Origin: Candidatus Thorarchaeota archaeon
Lineage (GTDB): Archaea; Asgardarchaeota; Thorarchaeia; Thorarchaeales; Thorarchaeaceae
Direction: 5' to 3'
Assembly: GCA_003345595.1 (NCBI GenBank)
Contig: PRDI01000110.1
Coordinates: 1-63,836 of the forward strand
DNA length: 63,836 nt
Under the pieces are notes generated by a model, which was given only the letters and a program-made list of their open reading frames with translations, did not search any database and was not told the DNA's origin. Shown here piece after piece: positions 1 to 10,054 of the stretch. Within the stretch, counting starts at the first letter, position 1, and each line of letters opens with the position of its first letter. The translations under genes were made by a program, and so were the position numbers.

Positions 1-2885
1 AGAGTCGAACCACCAATGGCTACGTTGCTACCACCCGTCGTGTTCGACGTCAAAGCCGAACCACCAATGGCTATGTTATTATTACCCGTCGTGTTCGCAG
101 CTAGAGTCGAACCACCAATGGCTACGTTGCTACCACCCACTGTGTTTACACTCAGTGCTAAGCTACCAACGGCTACGTTGTAAGTACCTGTCGTGTTCGC
201 GGCTAAAGCCGATGCACCGACGGCTATGTTGTCATTACCTGTCGTATTTGCCGTCAAAGCCGATGCACCGACAGCTATATTACTAGTACCTGTCGTATTC
301 ACGGCTAAAGCAGAGCTACCGACAGCTATGTTACCAGTACCTGTCGTATTCACGGCTAAAGCAGAGCTACCGACAGCTATGTTACCAGTACCTGTCGTAT
401 TCACGGCTAAAGCAGAGCTACCGACAGCTATGTTATTACTGCCTGTCGTATTCGCGGCTAAAGCAGAGCTACCAACAGCTACGTTACTACTGCCTATTGT
501 ATTTGCCGTCAGAGCTATGTCACCAACAGCTACGTTACCGGCACCCGTTGTGTTCGCGGCTAGGGCTGCATAGCCAACGGCTACGTTACTGCCACCTATT
601 GTGTTCACGGCTAAAGCTGTATAACCAACAGCTACGTTACCAGCACCCGTCGTGTTTGCGGCTAAAGCCGATGCACCGACGGCTACGTTGTCGATACCTG
701 TCGTGTTCGCAGCTAGGGCTGATGCACCGACAGCTACGTTATTACTGCCTGTCGTGTTCACGGCTAGAGTTGATCTACCAACGGCTACGTTACTAGCACC
801 TGTCGTATTCACGGCTAGGGCTGATCTACCAACAGCTACATTGTATGTACCTGTCGTGTTCGCGGCTAAGGCTAAGTAACCAACGGCTACATTACTATAA
901 CCTGTCGTGTTCGCGGCTAGAGCAGTGCTGCCGACAGCTACGTTACAAACACCCGTCGTATTTGCAACTAGAGCTAAATAGCCGATGGCTACATTGTCAG
1001 TACCTGTGGTATTTAGCATCAGAGCTTCATAGCCAATGGCTACGTTGCTACCACCCACTGTGTTTACACTCAGTGCTAAGCTACCAACGGCTATGTTACT
1101 AATACCTGTCGTGTTCGCAGCTAAAGCCGATGCACCGACAGCTACGTTGTCATTACCTGTCGTGTTCGCAGCTAGAGTCGAACTACCAATAGCTACGTTG
1201 GCAGCACCTGTCGTATTCATGGCTAAGGCCGTGTAACCAACGGCTACGTTGTTAATACCCGTTGTGTTCGCGGCTAGAGCTAAGTAACCAACAGCTACGT
1301 TGTCATTACCTGTCGTATTCGCGGCTAAAGCCGATGTACCGATGGCTACGTTACCGACACCTGTCGTACTCACGGCTAAAGCAGAGCTACCAACAGCTAC
1401 GTTGTCATTACCTGTCGTATTCGCGGCTAAAGCCGATGTACCGATGGCTACGTTACCGGCACCTGTCGTATTCACGGCTAAGGCCGTGTAACCAACGGCT
1501 ACATTACTATAACCCGTCGTGTTCGCGGCTAAGGCTGTGTAACCAACGGCTATGTTGTAAGCACCTGTAGTGTTCGCGGCTAAGGCTGATGCACCGACGG
1601 CTACGTTGTCGATACCTGCTGTATTCGTGGCTAAGGCTGATCTACCAACGGCTACGTTACTGGTACCTATTGTATTTGCCGTCAGAGCTACATAGCCAAC
1701 GGCTACGTTGTCGATACCTGTCGTGTTTCCACTTAGGGCTGCATAACCAACAGCTACATTACTAGTACCCGTCGTGTTTCCGCTTAGGGCCGTGTAACCA
1801 ACGGCTACGTTATTGTTACCGATTGTATTTGCAGCTAAAGCCAAGTTACCAACAGCTACGTTATCAACGCCTGTCGTATTCGCTTTCAAAGCTGATGCAC
1901 CGATAGCTACGTTGTAAACACCTATCGTATTTGCCGTCAAAGCTTCATAGCCAACAGCCACGTTACCAGTACCTGTCGTGTTCGCGGCTAAGGCTGTGTA
2001 ACCAACGGCTACGTTATAAGCACCCATCGTATTTACATTCAGCGCCGATACACCAACGGCTACGTTGTAAATACCTATCGTGTTCGCGGCTAAGGCTGTG
2101 TAACCAACGGCTACGTTGTAAGCACCTGTAGTGTTCGATGCCAAAGCCGATGTACCGACGGCTACGTTATTATAACCTATCGTGTTCGATGCCAAAGCCG
2201 ATGTACCGACGGCTACATTACTAGTGCCTGTCGTGTTTCCGCTTAGGGCTGTGTAACCAACGGCTACGTTACCGCCACCTATTGTGTTCACGGCTAAAGC
2301 TGTATAACCAACAGCTACGTTACCAGCACCCGTCGTGTTTGCCATCAGAGCTGATCTACCAACAGCCACGTTATTACCGCCTATCGTGTTCACGGCTAAG
2401 GCTGATGCACCGACAGCTACGTTACTAGCACCCGTCGTATTTGCCGTCAAAGCCGATGCACCGACAGCTACGTTACTAGCACCTGTCGTATTCACGGCTA
2501 GGGCTGATCTACCAACAGCTACATTGTATGTACCTGTCGTGTTCGCGGCTAAGGCTAAGTAACCAACGGCTACATTACTATAACCTGTCGTATTTGCCAT
2601 CAGAGCTGATCTACCAACAGCTACGTTATCAACGCCTGTTGTATTCGCGGCTAAAGCCGATGCACCGACAGCTACATTGTTAACACCTATCGTACTTGCT
2701 GTCAAAGCCGATGCACCGACAGCCACATTACCAGTACCCGTTGTATTCGCGGCTAGAGCTAAGTAACCAACGGCTATATTGTCAATACCTATCGTGTTCG
2801 CGGCTAAGGCTGTATAACCAACGGCTACATTACTAGTGCCTGTCGTGTTCGCAGCTAGAGCTAAGTAACCAACGGCTACATTAAA
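1..2885 (-). repeat. Tandem 51-bp (17-aa) coding repeat, about 56 copies, NVAVGxxALxANTTGxx
   Basis: CCAAC(A/G)GCTACGTT recurs at 51-bp spacing (e.g. 1237 and 1288). Identical blocks recur at offsets of 918 (18 units) and 1683 (33 units). Confidence 0.95.
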
Positions 2886-3542
2886 CAACGCTTTCGATGA
2901 CAACAAGTAGAACTTACTCCATTCAAAGGTAATAGCTTTCTCAGTTGTCCAAGCTGGTGAGCTTTCTCCGTCTACACCGGCAGTGCAGTTCTTGATATTA
3001 GCATCAAGAATAGTTGTAGCTCCAGCAGGAACCGTAATTTCCGCTAGCTTTACCCATCCGCTATCAACAGTAGGAGCAACAGCTCCGCTGCCAGCTACTC
3101 CTGTCTTCGCTTTGATCGTAGCTACATACTGGTTTTTCGTCGCCACATTGGAGTACGAAATTGGGTTCGGAGAAACGGGACTCCTGAACGCACGTTGTTG
3201 AATATCATATGCTACTTCTTCTTGTTGTATCTCAATAATATCAATACGTGTGTTGCTCACATCAGCTGCATCAATCGCTATAGGTCCTGCCAAAGCTGAG
3301 TTGTTAATCATCGTCTCCGAAGTAGGATCGAATGCAAACCCGGCAGTTACATCAATATTCATCGATGGAGTATCTCGTTCTTGGACAAGAAGTCCTTGAA
3401 AAATGACTGCATTTGTAAATGGCCCAAAACATCGAGCTAAAAACACCGCTACGTTATCGATAGAATTAGCCGCATCAAAACTAATGTCATCATTCTTGAG
3501 AACTTCATTAGCATAATACGCTGTCGACTTAATCTCACTCAT
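1..3542 (-). CDS. Long tail fibre/adhesin with 17-aa repeats (3' end outside window)
   Basis: Not in the ORF track because it has no stop in the window. ATG at 3542 follows GGGGGAAG; it reads MSEIKSTAYYANEVL...RIDIIEI...GWVKLAEITVPAGATTI, then NVAVGxxALxANTTGxx repeats. It is the last gene after the baseplate genes. Confidence 0.85.
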   Translation of the reverse strand, partial: MSEIKSTAYYANEVLKNDDISFDAANSIDNVAVFLARCFGPFTNAVIFQGLLVQERDTPSMNIDVTAGFAFDPTSETMINNSALAGPIAIDAADVSNTRIDIIEIQQEEVAYDIQQRAFRSPVSPNPISYSNVATKNQYVATIKAKTGVAGSGAVAPTVDSGWVKLAEITVPAGATTILDANIKNCTAGVDGESSPAWTTEKAITFEWSKFYLLSSKALFNVAVGYLALAANTTGTSNVAVGYTALAANTIGIDNIAVGYLALAANTTGTGNVAVGASALTASTIGVNNVAVGASALAANTTGVDNVAVGRSALMANTTGYSNVAVGYLALAANTTGTYNVAVGRSALAVNTTGASNVAVGASALTANTTGASNVAVGASALAVNTIGGNNVAVGRSALMANTTGAGNVAVGYTALAVNTIGGGNVAVGYTALSGNTTGTSNVAVGTSALASNTIGYNNVAVGTSALASNTTGAYNVAVGYTALAANTIGIYNVAVGVSALNVNTMGAYNVAVGYTALAANTTGTGNVAVGYEALTANTIGVYNVAIGASALKANTTGVDNVAVGNLALAANTIGNNNVAVGYTALSGNTTGTSNVAVGYAALSGNTTGIDNVAVGYVALTANTIGTSNVAVGRSALATNTAGIDNVAVGASALAANTTGAYNIAVGYTALAANTTGYSNVAVGYTALAVNTTGAGNVAIGTSALAANTTGNDNVAVGSSALAVSTTGVGNVAIGTSALAANTTGNDNVAVGYLALAANTTGINNVAVGYTALAMNTTGAANVAIGSSTLAANTTGNDNVAVGASALAANTTGISNIAVGSLALSVNTVGGSNVAIGYEALMLNTTGTDNVAIGYLALVANTTGVCNVAVGSTALAANTTGYSNVAVGYLALAANTTGTYNVAVGRSALAVNTTGASNVAVGRSTLAVNTTGSNNVAVGASALAANTTGIDNVAVGASALAANTTGAGNVAVGYTALAVNTIGGSNVAVGYAALAANTTGAGNVAVGDIALTANTIGSSNVAVGSSALAANTTGSNNIAVGSSALAVNTTGTGNIAVGSSALAVNTTGTGNIAVGSSALAVNTTGTSNIAVGASALTANTTGNDNIAVGASALAANTTGTYNVAVGSLALSVNTVGGSNVAIGGSTLAANTTGNNNIAIGGSALTSNTTGGSNVAIGGST

Positions 3543-3553
3543 ATTTCTTCCCC

Positions 3554-4708
3554 CTATGTATGTGCACGCCAAACTACTTCTATCATACTCTTTACCCCTG
3601 CAGGACGAATAATTTCAAGCAGATCATAAAAGTATGGAAGAAGCCCAGTCCCACCAAACCCAGATACATAACACTGTTCTATATAACTAGCTTCTGTGTA
3701 TTCATATGTCGCAATAGGATCTTCCCCACTAGGCCAAATACTTAAATACCCTGTGCCTAAATTTTCATCTACAAAAATCAACTTGATAGTAGGATAGTCC
3801 AACATCGTTCCAAATTCTACTCGGTCAATCCAGAACGTGTATTCTTCAGAGGTGCTGCCGACATTTTCAAAAGTTAGAGTCAAATCATCATCGATAGTCA
3901 TCTCAACGAAAACTTGTTTTGATTCATATTCTGCGCTTGAATTCTTGCTCATGACCTTATATGTTGCAGCCGCCTGCCATGAAAAAGATGTAAAATTGTA
4001 GTAGTAACTGTCACTAGATCGCTGGAGCATAAGCTTAAACAAGTTTGATGTTGCTGATGGTTGGTCATCTTTAACAAAGAAATTGAGTATGTAATACCCC
4101 TCGGGTACCGCAGACAAAGTTTGTGATAAAGAACATGTACTCCCTAGTGCATCAACAACAAACTCAGCACAAGTGGACCCATAAAACATATCGTGTGCAA
4201 CAAAACTAATACTAGACCCCCCACTTGTATTTACCACCCAATTCAAAGTCGGATCAATTTCAAAACTACCATCAACGACAAAATCATCTAGTACGTAATT
4301 TTCCACTACATAAATAGTATTTACGTCAAAGAAATAACTGAAAACATCTCGAATCATCCATGTAGTCAACCACGAGAAATTATTCTTCCTTACAACAAGC
4401 GCATTGAAACGCAGACGAAGTTCTGCATCAGTTTCTGAGGGATTTCGAGTCAAACCAGTAAAGAAACTCACCACTTTTTCTAAATAAACACCATAAAAAT
4501 CGTCAATACTTGCCGTCCGAGTAATATAATCAATAAATCCCTTCACGTACTCCAACTCGTTTGCAATCGCACCACATTGAAAATCCGAAGATTCCTCGAT
4601 AGGAGAAATTGATGTAAATGTCTCATTACCAAATATAGAGATGTACTCAGCAGTCGTTTTGTCAAGATTAGTGGGCATTAACTGATTCAATTCATCTATT
4701 TGAGACAT
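3554..4708 (-). CDS. Baseplate wedge/fibre-attachment protein with probable carbohydrate-binding jelly-roll domain
   Basis: Follows baseplate J. N-terminal GLTRNPSETDAELRLR is typical of wedge proteins; VVDGSFE...W is CBM-like. Confidence 0.6.
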   Translation of the reverse strand: MSQIDELNQLMPTNLDKTTAEYISIFGNETFTSISPIEESSDFQCGAIANELEYVKGFIDYITRTASIDDFYGVYLEKVVSFFTGLTRNPSETDAELRLRFNALVVRKNNFSWLTTWMIRDVFSYFFDVNTIYVVENYVLDDFVVDGSFEIDPTLNWVVNTSGGSSISFVAHDMFYGSTCAEFVVDALGSTCSLSQTLSAVPEGYYILNFFVKDDQPSATSNLFKLMLQRSSDSYYYNFTSFSWQAAATYKVMSKNSSAEYESKQVFVEMTIDDDLTLTFENVGSTSEEYTFWIDRVEFGTMLDYPTIKLIFVDENLGTGYLSIWPSGEDPIATYEYTEASYIEQCYVSGFGGTGLLPYFYDLLEIIRPAGVKSMIEVVWRAHT

Positions 4709-4723
4709 TTTACCCCCCCCCTC

Positions 4724-5809
4724 TCATACTGCAAATGTAATAGTAATCGTACCGGTTCTAGCTATCTGAGTTTCAGCAATAGTCACATCATCTGTAGGAG
4801 TACTTAGTACAAGATTGTAGACCCCAGGTACACCCATAAGTACGTTTATTAACTCATAGTAGATGAAATCTTCGCCTAAAACCAGGGTGTTGATGTAATT
4901 TTCGATTGCAGTCTGGATATTTGTTTTTATTGTATCATCAGAAATGCTTCCTGTACTAGTAACAACTACAGTTACTGGGATTGGTACCAAGGTTGGACCA
5001 AGAACACGTACATTGATTCCAGCAGGTTTGTACCCCGGATTAGATGTAGTACCATCACCAATTAACACTTCTTCAACAGCAGTAATAAGAGTATCAGGGG
5101 CTAGTCCCGTCCCGTCGTCTATATACAAAGAGACATTCCAGAACCCTGTTATGGGTGGAAAGTGCTCGACCACACTAGCCGAACGTACACCTTCAACTGA
5201 CTTCGCACAAGTTATCAACCCTGAAACATTCCCTCGCCCAAGACCCAAAACGTATGTGTGGAACCTCTGTTCAAAAGCATTGTCAGTCTCTTCGTCTAAT
5301 CCACCTGTCGTTGCCGCAGCATTGTCAACAGTATCAACGCCAACTACAGATGTGGTCATGACATCGATTGTGTTTGCCGGAACGTTGTATTGTGTACCAA
5401 TGTCATAAGCCTCAATTGCTACATCATCAGATGCTGTTTCATTTGCTAGAATCGTCCCCAGCGTAGTAGTAATAAAACGTAATCCAGAAGATGTGGACAC
5501 AATCGTCCCAATGGGGATAGAAACAGAGTCGGTGGTTGCTGTATTTCTCGAAAAAACAACTACACCTACTGCATTTGTGCCTGAGTTTTTAGCAAATCCA
5601 AAGGCATAGAAAGGAAGATTTGGCAGATACTTAATAAACCCAATCTTTGCTCGGAGATAAATCTGCTCAACTTGCTGTGCTACTGCTTCAACAAAGGAAG
5701 TTATTCCTGCTCCCTCGTTGAAATCGGTGATCTTGTCTTGCGTTGCAATGATCCACGCCTCCATATCGGCAAGAATTGCTCGATAAGTTTTGGCATTGTA
5801 TGTTGCCAT
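4724..5809 (-). CDS. Baseplate J/gp47-like protein
   Basis: TDFNEGA, IPIGTIV, GTQYNVPANTI, GGLDEETD, KPAGINV motifs. Confidence 0.9.
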   Translation of the reverse strand: MATYNAKTYRAILADMEAWIIATQDKITDFNEGAGITSFVEAVAQQVEQIYLRAKIGFIKYLPNLPFYAFGFAKNSGTNAVGVVVFSRNTATTDSVSIPIGTIVSTSSGLRFITTTLGTILANETASDDVAIEAYDIGTQYNVPANTIDVMTTSVVGVDTVDNAAATTGGLDEETDNAFEQRFHTYVLGLGRGNVSGLITCAKSVEGVRSASVVEHFPPITGFWNVSLYIDDGTGLAPDTLITAVEEVLIGDGTTSNPGYKPAGINVRVLGPTLVPIPVTVVVTSTGSISDDTIKTNIQTAIENYINTLVLGEDFIYYELINVLMGVPGVYNLVLSTPTDDVTIAETQIARTGTITITFAV

Positions 5810-7509
5810 TACAATACTCCTTCATAGGAAATAGAGTCACTAATAGCTTGAACGTTAAACGCTACATACAAACTATCCCCTACTCCGTTCAATTTGATAT
5901 TGTCAATCGACTTCACTCGAGGATCCTGCTTCAAGGTATCCCGTAGATTAGAAAGAATGTACTCAATTGGAGCTGTATTTGTTCTCGGCGAGCCAATCGC
6001 GACTGAGAGGCCATAAACGGTCAACCGCAACCGCTTACCCAACTGCTCATTCAGACGGAGATTGATTGCTTGGAGTAAGTTGTCTTTACCCGAAACATAA
6101 GAGAAATCTCCAGATTCTGCAATGACTAACTTCGCTCCTTGAGACGAAGAAGCAAGAAGGATGTCTGTTCCATAATTCGACAAACGATCCCAAGAATAAA
6201 TCTTGTTATCAAGAACAAGATTCGATCGAACTGTTTGAGGGATTCTAATAACTACACCTGCTACAACGTCATTGTTAGTCAAGCCATTGTACACAGCAAT
6301 TAACATAGCTAAAGATGGATCACCATAGTACTGCGCAGCCAACTTATCCAATGTAACCGCAGAATCTGCAGTGATTGAGATTGTCCCGTAAATTGTAACG
6401 TTCTGCCCATTAACTTGGACAGTAACCTCAGTATCGACTACTTGTGACTTGCCAAAATTAACAATTCTCGCGGCGATTCTTTTGGTCTCCTCACAAAGTT
6501 GAACAACATAATCGTAATTATTCCCTAAAGTTTCTGTAATGGCGGTGCTGTCCTCTATTTCATCCTCTATTTCTTGCATTACCTCATTCGTTGTACTCAT
6601 AGCCGTAACAGCTGCTGCACCTGGAAACTCTGCGACCTCAAAAATCTTCGAGTACAAACCGGAAGCCTCAGTAACAAGATTTCCTGTAGCATCAATGTAT
6701 TCAAGGCAAAGTTCTTCCAAATCATCCAAAGTGGCAAATACATTATCAATCTTGTTCAAAAGATTCGCTGACCACGAATAAGCAGCTTTCACTGCATTGA
6801 TACACCGTCGCATGCCATAAATTGCATCTTGGAGCCAATCTTTTGCCGTTGGAACTTTAACTGTGGCTAGTCCTTGGTTTACCTCATTACTTAGAGTAGC
6901 AAGATCTGTATCCCCAGTTGGACTTACAATTGGATCCATTTCATCAGCAACCTTCGATCGAGGAGTGGGAAGAGGATACAGTCCAACAAGCTCGATAGAA
7001 TAGTTATACCAAAGAGGACGATCTTTCGATCTACTAATTTTGAAATCGTCAAGGGAAACGACCCAACCATCTGTCGTCGAGTTTTGAACTGTGTCTAGAG
7101 CAGTAGTGTCAGGAACAGTTGAGAAATCATACATCCTCATTTCATAAGATTCAAAACCCTTTCCAACCAAGAGATTCTTGTACCGTGCGATTTTGTCACG
7201 GAAGGCATAAATTGCATCTTTGCCTGAGTACTGTTCAAGTGCCCCGCTCTTACCCGGAATGTATGTTGCTCGAAGGTCTCCATTTCCTGTCGTACCAGAA
7301 ATAGTAATCTTAGCCACATCCAAACCGTAGTCGTCAATAAATACCCCACCAAAGGTCTTAGTTCTGGTAATACGCTGACCTTGTGTGATTTCAATTGAGT
7401 CGGGCGGGATTGTTAGTGTAAACGCAGAGACAATCTCGCTAGGATTTTTAATGTTGATGATCTCGAAGAGAATTGATCTCTGGTAAAGGTTTGGATAGGA
7501 TACACTCAT
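5809..7509 (-). CDS. Baseplate protein: tube-initiator-like N-terminus, LysM-like segment and C-terminal gp25/W-like domain
   Basis: TRTKTFGGVFIDDYG..ITISGTTG; TLDKLAAQYYGDP; GDFSYVSGKDNLLQAINLRL...LKQDPRVKSI. Confidence 0.7.
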   Translation of the reverse strand: MSVSYPNLYQRSILFEIINIKNPSEIVSAFTLTIPPDSIEITQGQRITRTKTFGGVFIDDYGLDVAKITISGTTGNGDLRATYIPGKSGALEQYSGKDAIYAFRDKIARYKNLLVGKGFESYEMRMYDFSTVPDTTALDTVQNSTTDGWVVSLDDFKISRSKDRPLWYNYSIELVGLYPLPTPRSKVADEMDPIVSPTGDTDLATLSNEVNQGLATVKVPTAKDWLQDAIYGMRRCINAVKAAYSWSANLLNKIDNVFATLDDLEELCLEYIDATGNLVTEASGLYSKIFEVAEFPGAAAVTAMSTTNEVMQEIEDEIEDSTAITETLGNNYDYVVQLCEETKRIAARIVNFGKSQVVDTEVTVQVNGQNVTIYGTISITADSAVTLDKLAAQYYGDPSLAMLIAVYNGLTNNDVVAGVVIRIPQTVRSNLVLDNKIYSWDRLSNYGTDILLASSSQGAKLVIAESGDFSYVSGKDNLLQAINLRLNEQLGKRLRLTVYGLSVAIGSPRTNTAPIEYILSNLRDTLKQDPRVKSIDNIKLNGVGDSLYVAFNVQAISDSISYEGVL

Positions 7510-7510
7510 A

Positions 7511-7891
7511 TCACCCTCCTACAACCTTTATTTGTGTATCGTGACAATGACAAGGGATGCTCACTGGGACAGGTGAGCCACCACCCGTCGGCTGTCCTGT
7601 TCCTATCAAAGTCCCTGAATCTTCATCACGGAGGATTCCGAGTGACGGAATCTCGTAGTTCTTACTCGTCGTCGGCGCGATGGTTCCAGCGCCCGCGACA
7701 GATCCTGGAACCATCCCAGACATGTTCCCTCCGCTGAATGATACAGTGATAGTAGGCCCAATGTATACGAAGTTGCCAGAAGCCTTGATCTTCGTGGACG
7801 CAGGGGTAGAAATGGAGAAGGACCCGCCAGAGACGACCGATCCTGAGTCGTGTTCTATCGACCCTGCGGTGGTGAAGAAGGCCTTACTCAC
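7511..7891 (-). CDS. PAAR-like spike tip protein
   Basis: Small and Gly/Ser-rich, with STKIKASG, ILRDEDSG and a C-terminal CHCH. It lies directly after the spike gene. Confidence 0.55.
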   Translation of the reverse strand: MSKAFFTTAGSIEHDSGSVVSGGSFSISTPASTKIKASGNFVYIGPTITVSFSGGNMSGMVPGSVAGAGTIAPTTSKNYEIPSLGILRDEDSGTLIGTGQPTGGGSPVPVSIPCHCHDTQIKVVGG

Positions 7892-8637
7892 TGTAAAACC
7901 TCCAGGTTGCCGTTCAGCTTTAAGCTCGTCGTTCCTCCTTCTATCGTGTTGCCGTTCAAATCTGTTATTTTCACCCCAGTACTTGCAAACTCAAACTCAT
8001 TGCCGAATGTATCGACCAAGGAAATCCCGTTCGTGTCGATAGTGATCGTGTTCCGGTCGGTCGAGTCCGTCGAGTAACGATGATCCAGGACAATCGACTT
8101 GTTCTCCACATCGACGGTAAGCGTAATCTGGTTATAGTCGTCGACGTCAGGGCTCTGATAAATCAGCTTACCTGTCTCCTTGTCGTAGGTCATCTTCCAT
8201 CCATACTCATCCACATTTATAACTTTCGATTGTTGATCTGACTTCAGAAGTACCTTCAACTGATTGCTGATCAAAATATCGAAACCAGATATTGGGAGTA
8301 CAACCGGATTGTCAATCACCCCATCTATAAAGGCAATGAGGACTTTGGCGTTGACAGGTGGAAGATCGATCTGACCAGAAGAAAGCGTGCTGTCTTGTAC
8401 TGTTCCTGGTGCAACCCATTCCTTCGAGGCAACCGGTACATCCTTAATCTTCAAACCGTTTATCAACTCGATATTTACGGTTTGCATTCCAGTTTTTTCC
8501 TTGACCTTCCCCCACATCAAAGGCAGGAAGGAGTTTCCGAAGGAGGTTTCATCCATCCGCTTCTTGTTCTGTACCTCTGAGGCTTGGGAAATTTGCTCTG
8601 GGGGTTTACGAAAAATGATATTCATATTCTTAGCCAT
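7888..8637 (-). CDS. Baseplate central spike (gpV/gp45-like)
   Basis: OB-fold-like LPPVNAKVLIAFIDG followed by beta-helix-like repeats; start at 8637 has a GGAG RBS. Confidence 0.7.
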   Translation of the reverse strand: MAKNMNIIFRKPPEQISQASEVQNKKRMDETSFGNSFLPLMWGKVKEKTGMQTVNIELINGLKIKDVPVASKEWVAPGTVQDSTLSSGQIDLPPVNAKVLIAFIDGVIDNPVVLPISGFDILISNQLKVLLKSDQQSKVINVDEYGWKMTYDKETGKLIYQSPDVDDYNQITLTVDVENKSIVLDHRYSTDSTDRNTITIDTNGISLVDTFGNEFEFASTGVKITDLNGNTIEGGTTSLKLNGNLEVLQ

Positions 8638-10045
8638 TAGCTGCTCCTTGCTCAAGTACACCAATCTTTGGTCCGACTTGTTGGATCGGTTCACGCTGAC
8701 TACCAGTTGCCGTATACATGTACCCCCTCGAAACAGACAACGAGCGAGTCATTTGTCCTTCATATTGCCAAGAGGACTTTGTTGCCTCAATGTAAAATTC
8801 ACCGCCGAGAAACCCTAGGCGTTCACCAATCCTCGGATAGGCCTTATATGTATTATCTTCAACGGACATGATTGTGACTGTCCCGGTCAGAAAATCTGCG
8901 TTGTTCGAGTACCAGTCGTAGAGCTTCTGTGACAAGTCGTGCATCAACTGCTCCGCGCCCGAGAAGTTCTTTTGATTCTCCTCCGAGCGAGAAAAAAAAC
9001 GACACTCCACGTACATTGGCCTAAACCCATAATAAGGCCACTTCGTGTCATCAACTACTGCACTTCGAGAGTAGCTATCAAGTGTCAATGCTTTCTCGCG
9101 AGAAATACCAGAACCCGGCAGAGTGCAGACAAAAAAGGTCTTGACATCTGCGTCTGAGGCCCCCACATCATAATCAACCAATAAAAGAGCCGGGATATCA
9201 TCTGGAATCTTAAAGATTGGGAGATTCATCCAATCAGAAGCATCAAAAGGAGTCTGACGAAGCCATATCTGATACTTCTTCGCATCAGGATCCCACATTC
9301 CATACAATTCATGGAAGGGTGGGTTGAGGACCTGGGAGATCGTGTCCCAGAGATTGTTTTCCTGCGTCTGGAATGCAGAGATGGCAATTGGGTACTGGGC
9401 AGTCAACGAGGTGGACATTCTAGTAGAAAAGTCAAACATTGAGTCGATAATATGCTTCACGCCGAGATTTTGGTTCCCTCCGATCGCTTCCATCATCTCA
9501 AAGTAAGCATCTTTGATAGCAACGATGACTGCGGCCATCTGCTGTCCTGTATCAACATTCGCTGCGATAGCTTCCATAAACTTTGTTTGTGCTGTCTGCG
9601 CCGTGGTCGAGGCAGAAAGTATATGAAGATCCAAAATAATTGAAAACGTGACTAGGAAAGAACCGATTGATTTTCCGCTGAACAAGATCGAACGCTCTGG
9701 TCCTCGTTCAGCCATTCGTGCTATGTACCGTTTGTCTGCAAGATACCCCACAAATCTGACCTTTCCATGCTCGGAGATGCGCACGAGGTCCCGGGACTTA
9801 ATCTTATCATACCAAGTTTTTCCTTGTGAATCGCGTTCCAAAGTCGTGGTGAAAGAAAAACTTCCTTCAAGACTGGCTGTCAACTCCTGGAACTCGTAAG
9901 AAATACAAGCAGTGGACTGCCCTGAATTACCAGACATTCCAAAGACTACGATCAGATCTTCCTTGTAGGACTGTGCTTGCGTATAGTCTGGTCGAACCAC
10001 CTCGATTGAAAAGGCTGGGGTTCTGCTATACGTACTAATTGCCAT
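8630..10045 (-). CDS. Baseplate hub protein
   Basis: Lies between tape measure and spike; PRIGERL..GEFYIE..SWQY..LSVSRG C-terminus. Confidence 0.65.
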   Translation of the reverse strand: MAISTYSRTPAFSIEVVRPDYTQAQSYKEDLIVVFGMSGNSGQSTACISYEFQELTASLEGSFSFTTTLERDSQGKTWYDKIKSRDLVRISEHGKVRFVGYLADKRYIARMAERGPERSILFSGKSIGSFLVTFSIILDLHILSASTTAQTAQTKFMEAIAANVDTGQQMAAVIVAIKDAYFEMMEAIGGNQNLGVKHIIDSMFDFSTRMSTSLTAQYPIAISAFQTQENNLWDTISQVLNPPFHELYGMWDPDAKKYQIWLRQTPFDASDWMNLPIFKIPDDIPALLLVDYDVGASDADVKTFFVCTLPGSGISREKALTLDSYSRSAVVDDTKWPYYGFRPMYVECRFFSRSEENQKNFSGAEQLMHDLSQKLYDWYSNNADFLTGTVTIMSVEDNTYKAYPRIGERLGFLGGEFYIEATKSSWQYEGQMTRSLSVSRGYMYTATGSQREPIQQVGPKIGVLEQGAANG

Positions 10046-10054
10046 CTTTCACTC

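Noticed and set aside
1-2885. 51-bp repeats as a CRISPR array, or as 14-aa YadA head repeats
   Set aside because: There are no unique spacers, variation is codon-structured in an open frame, and the period is 17 aa
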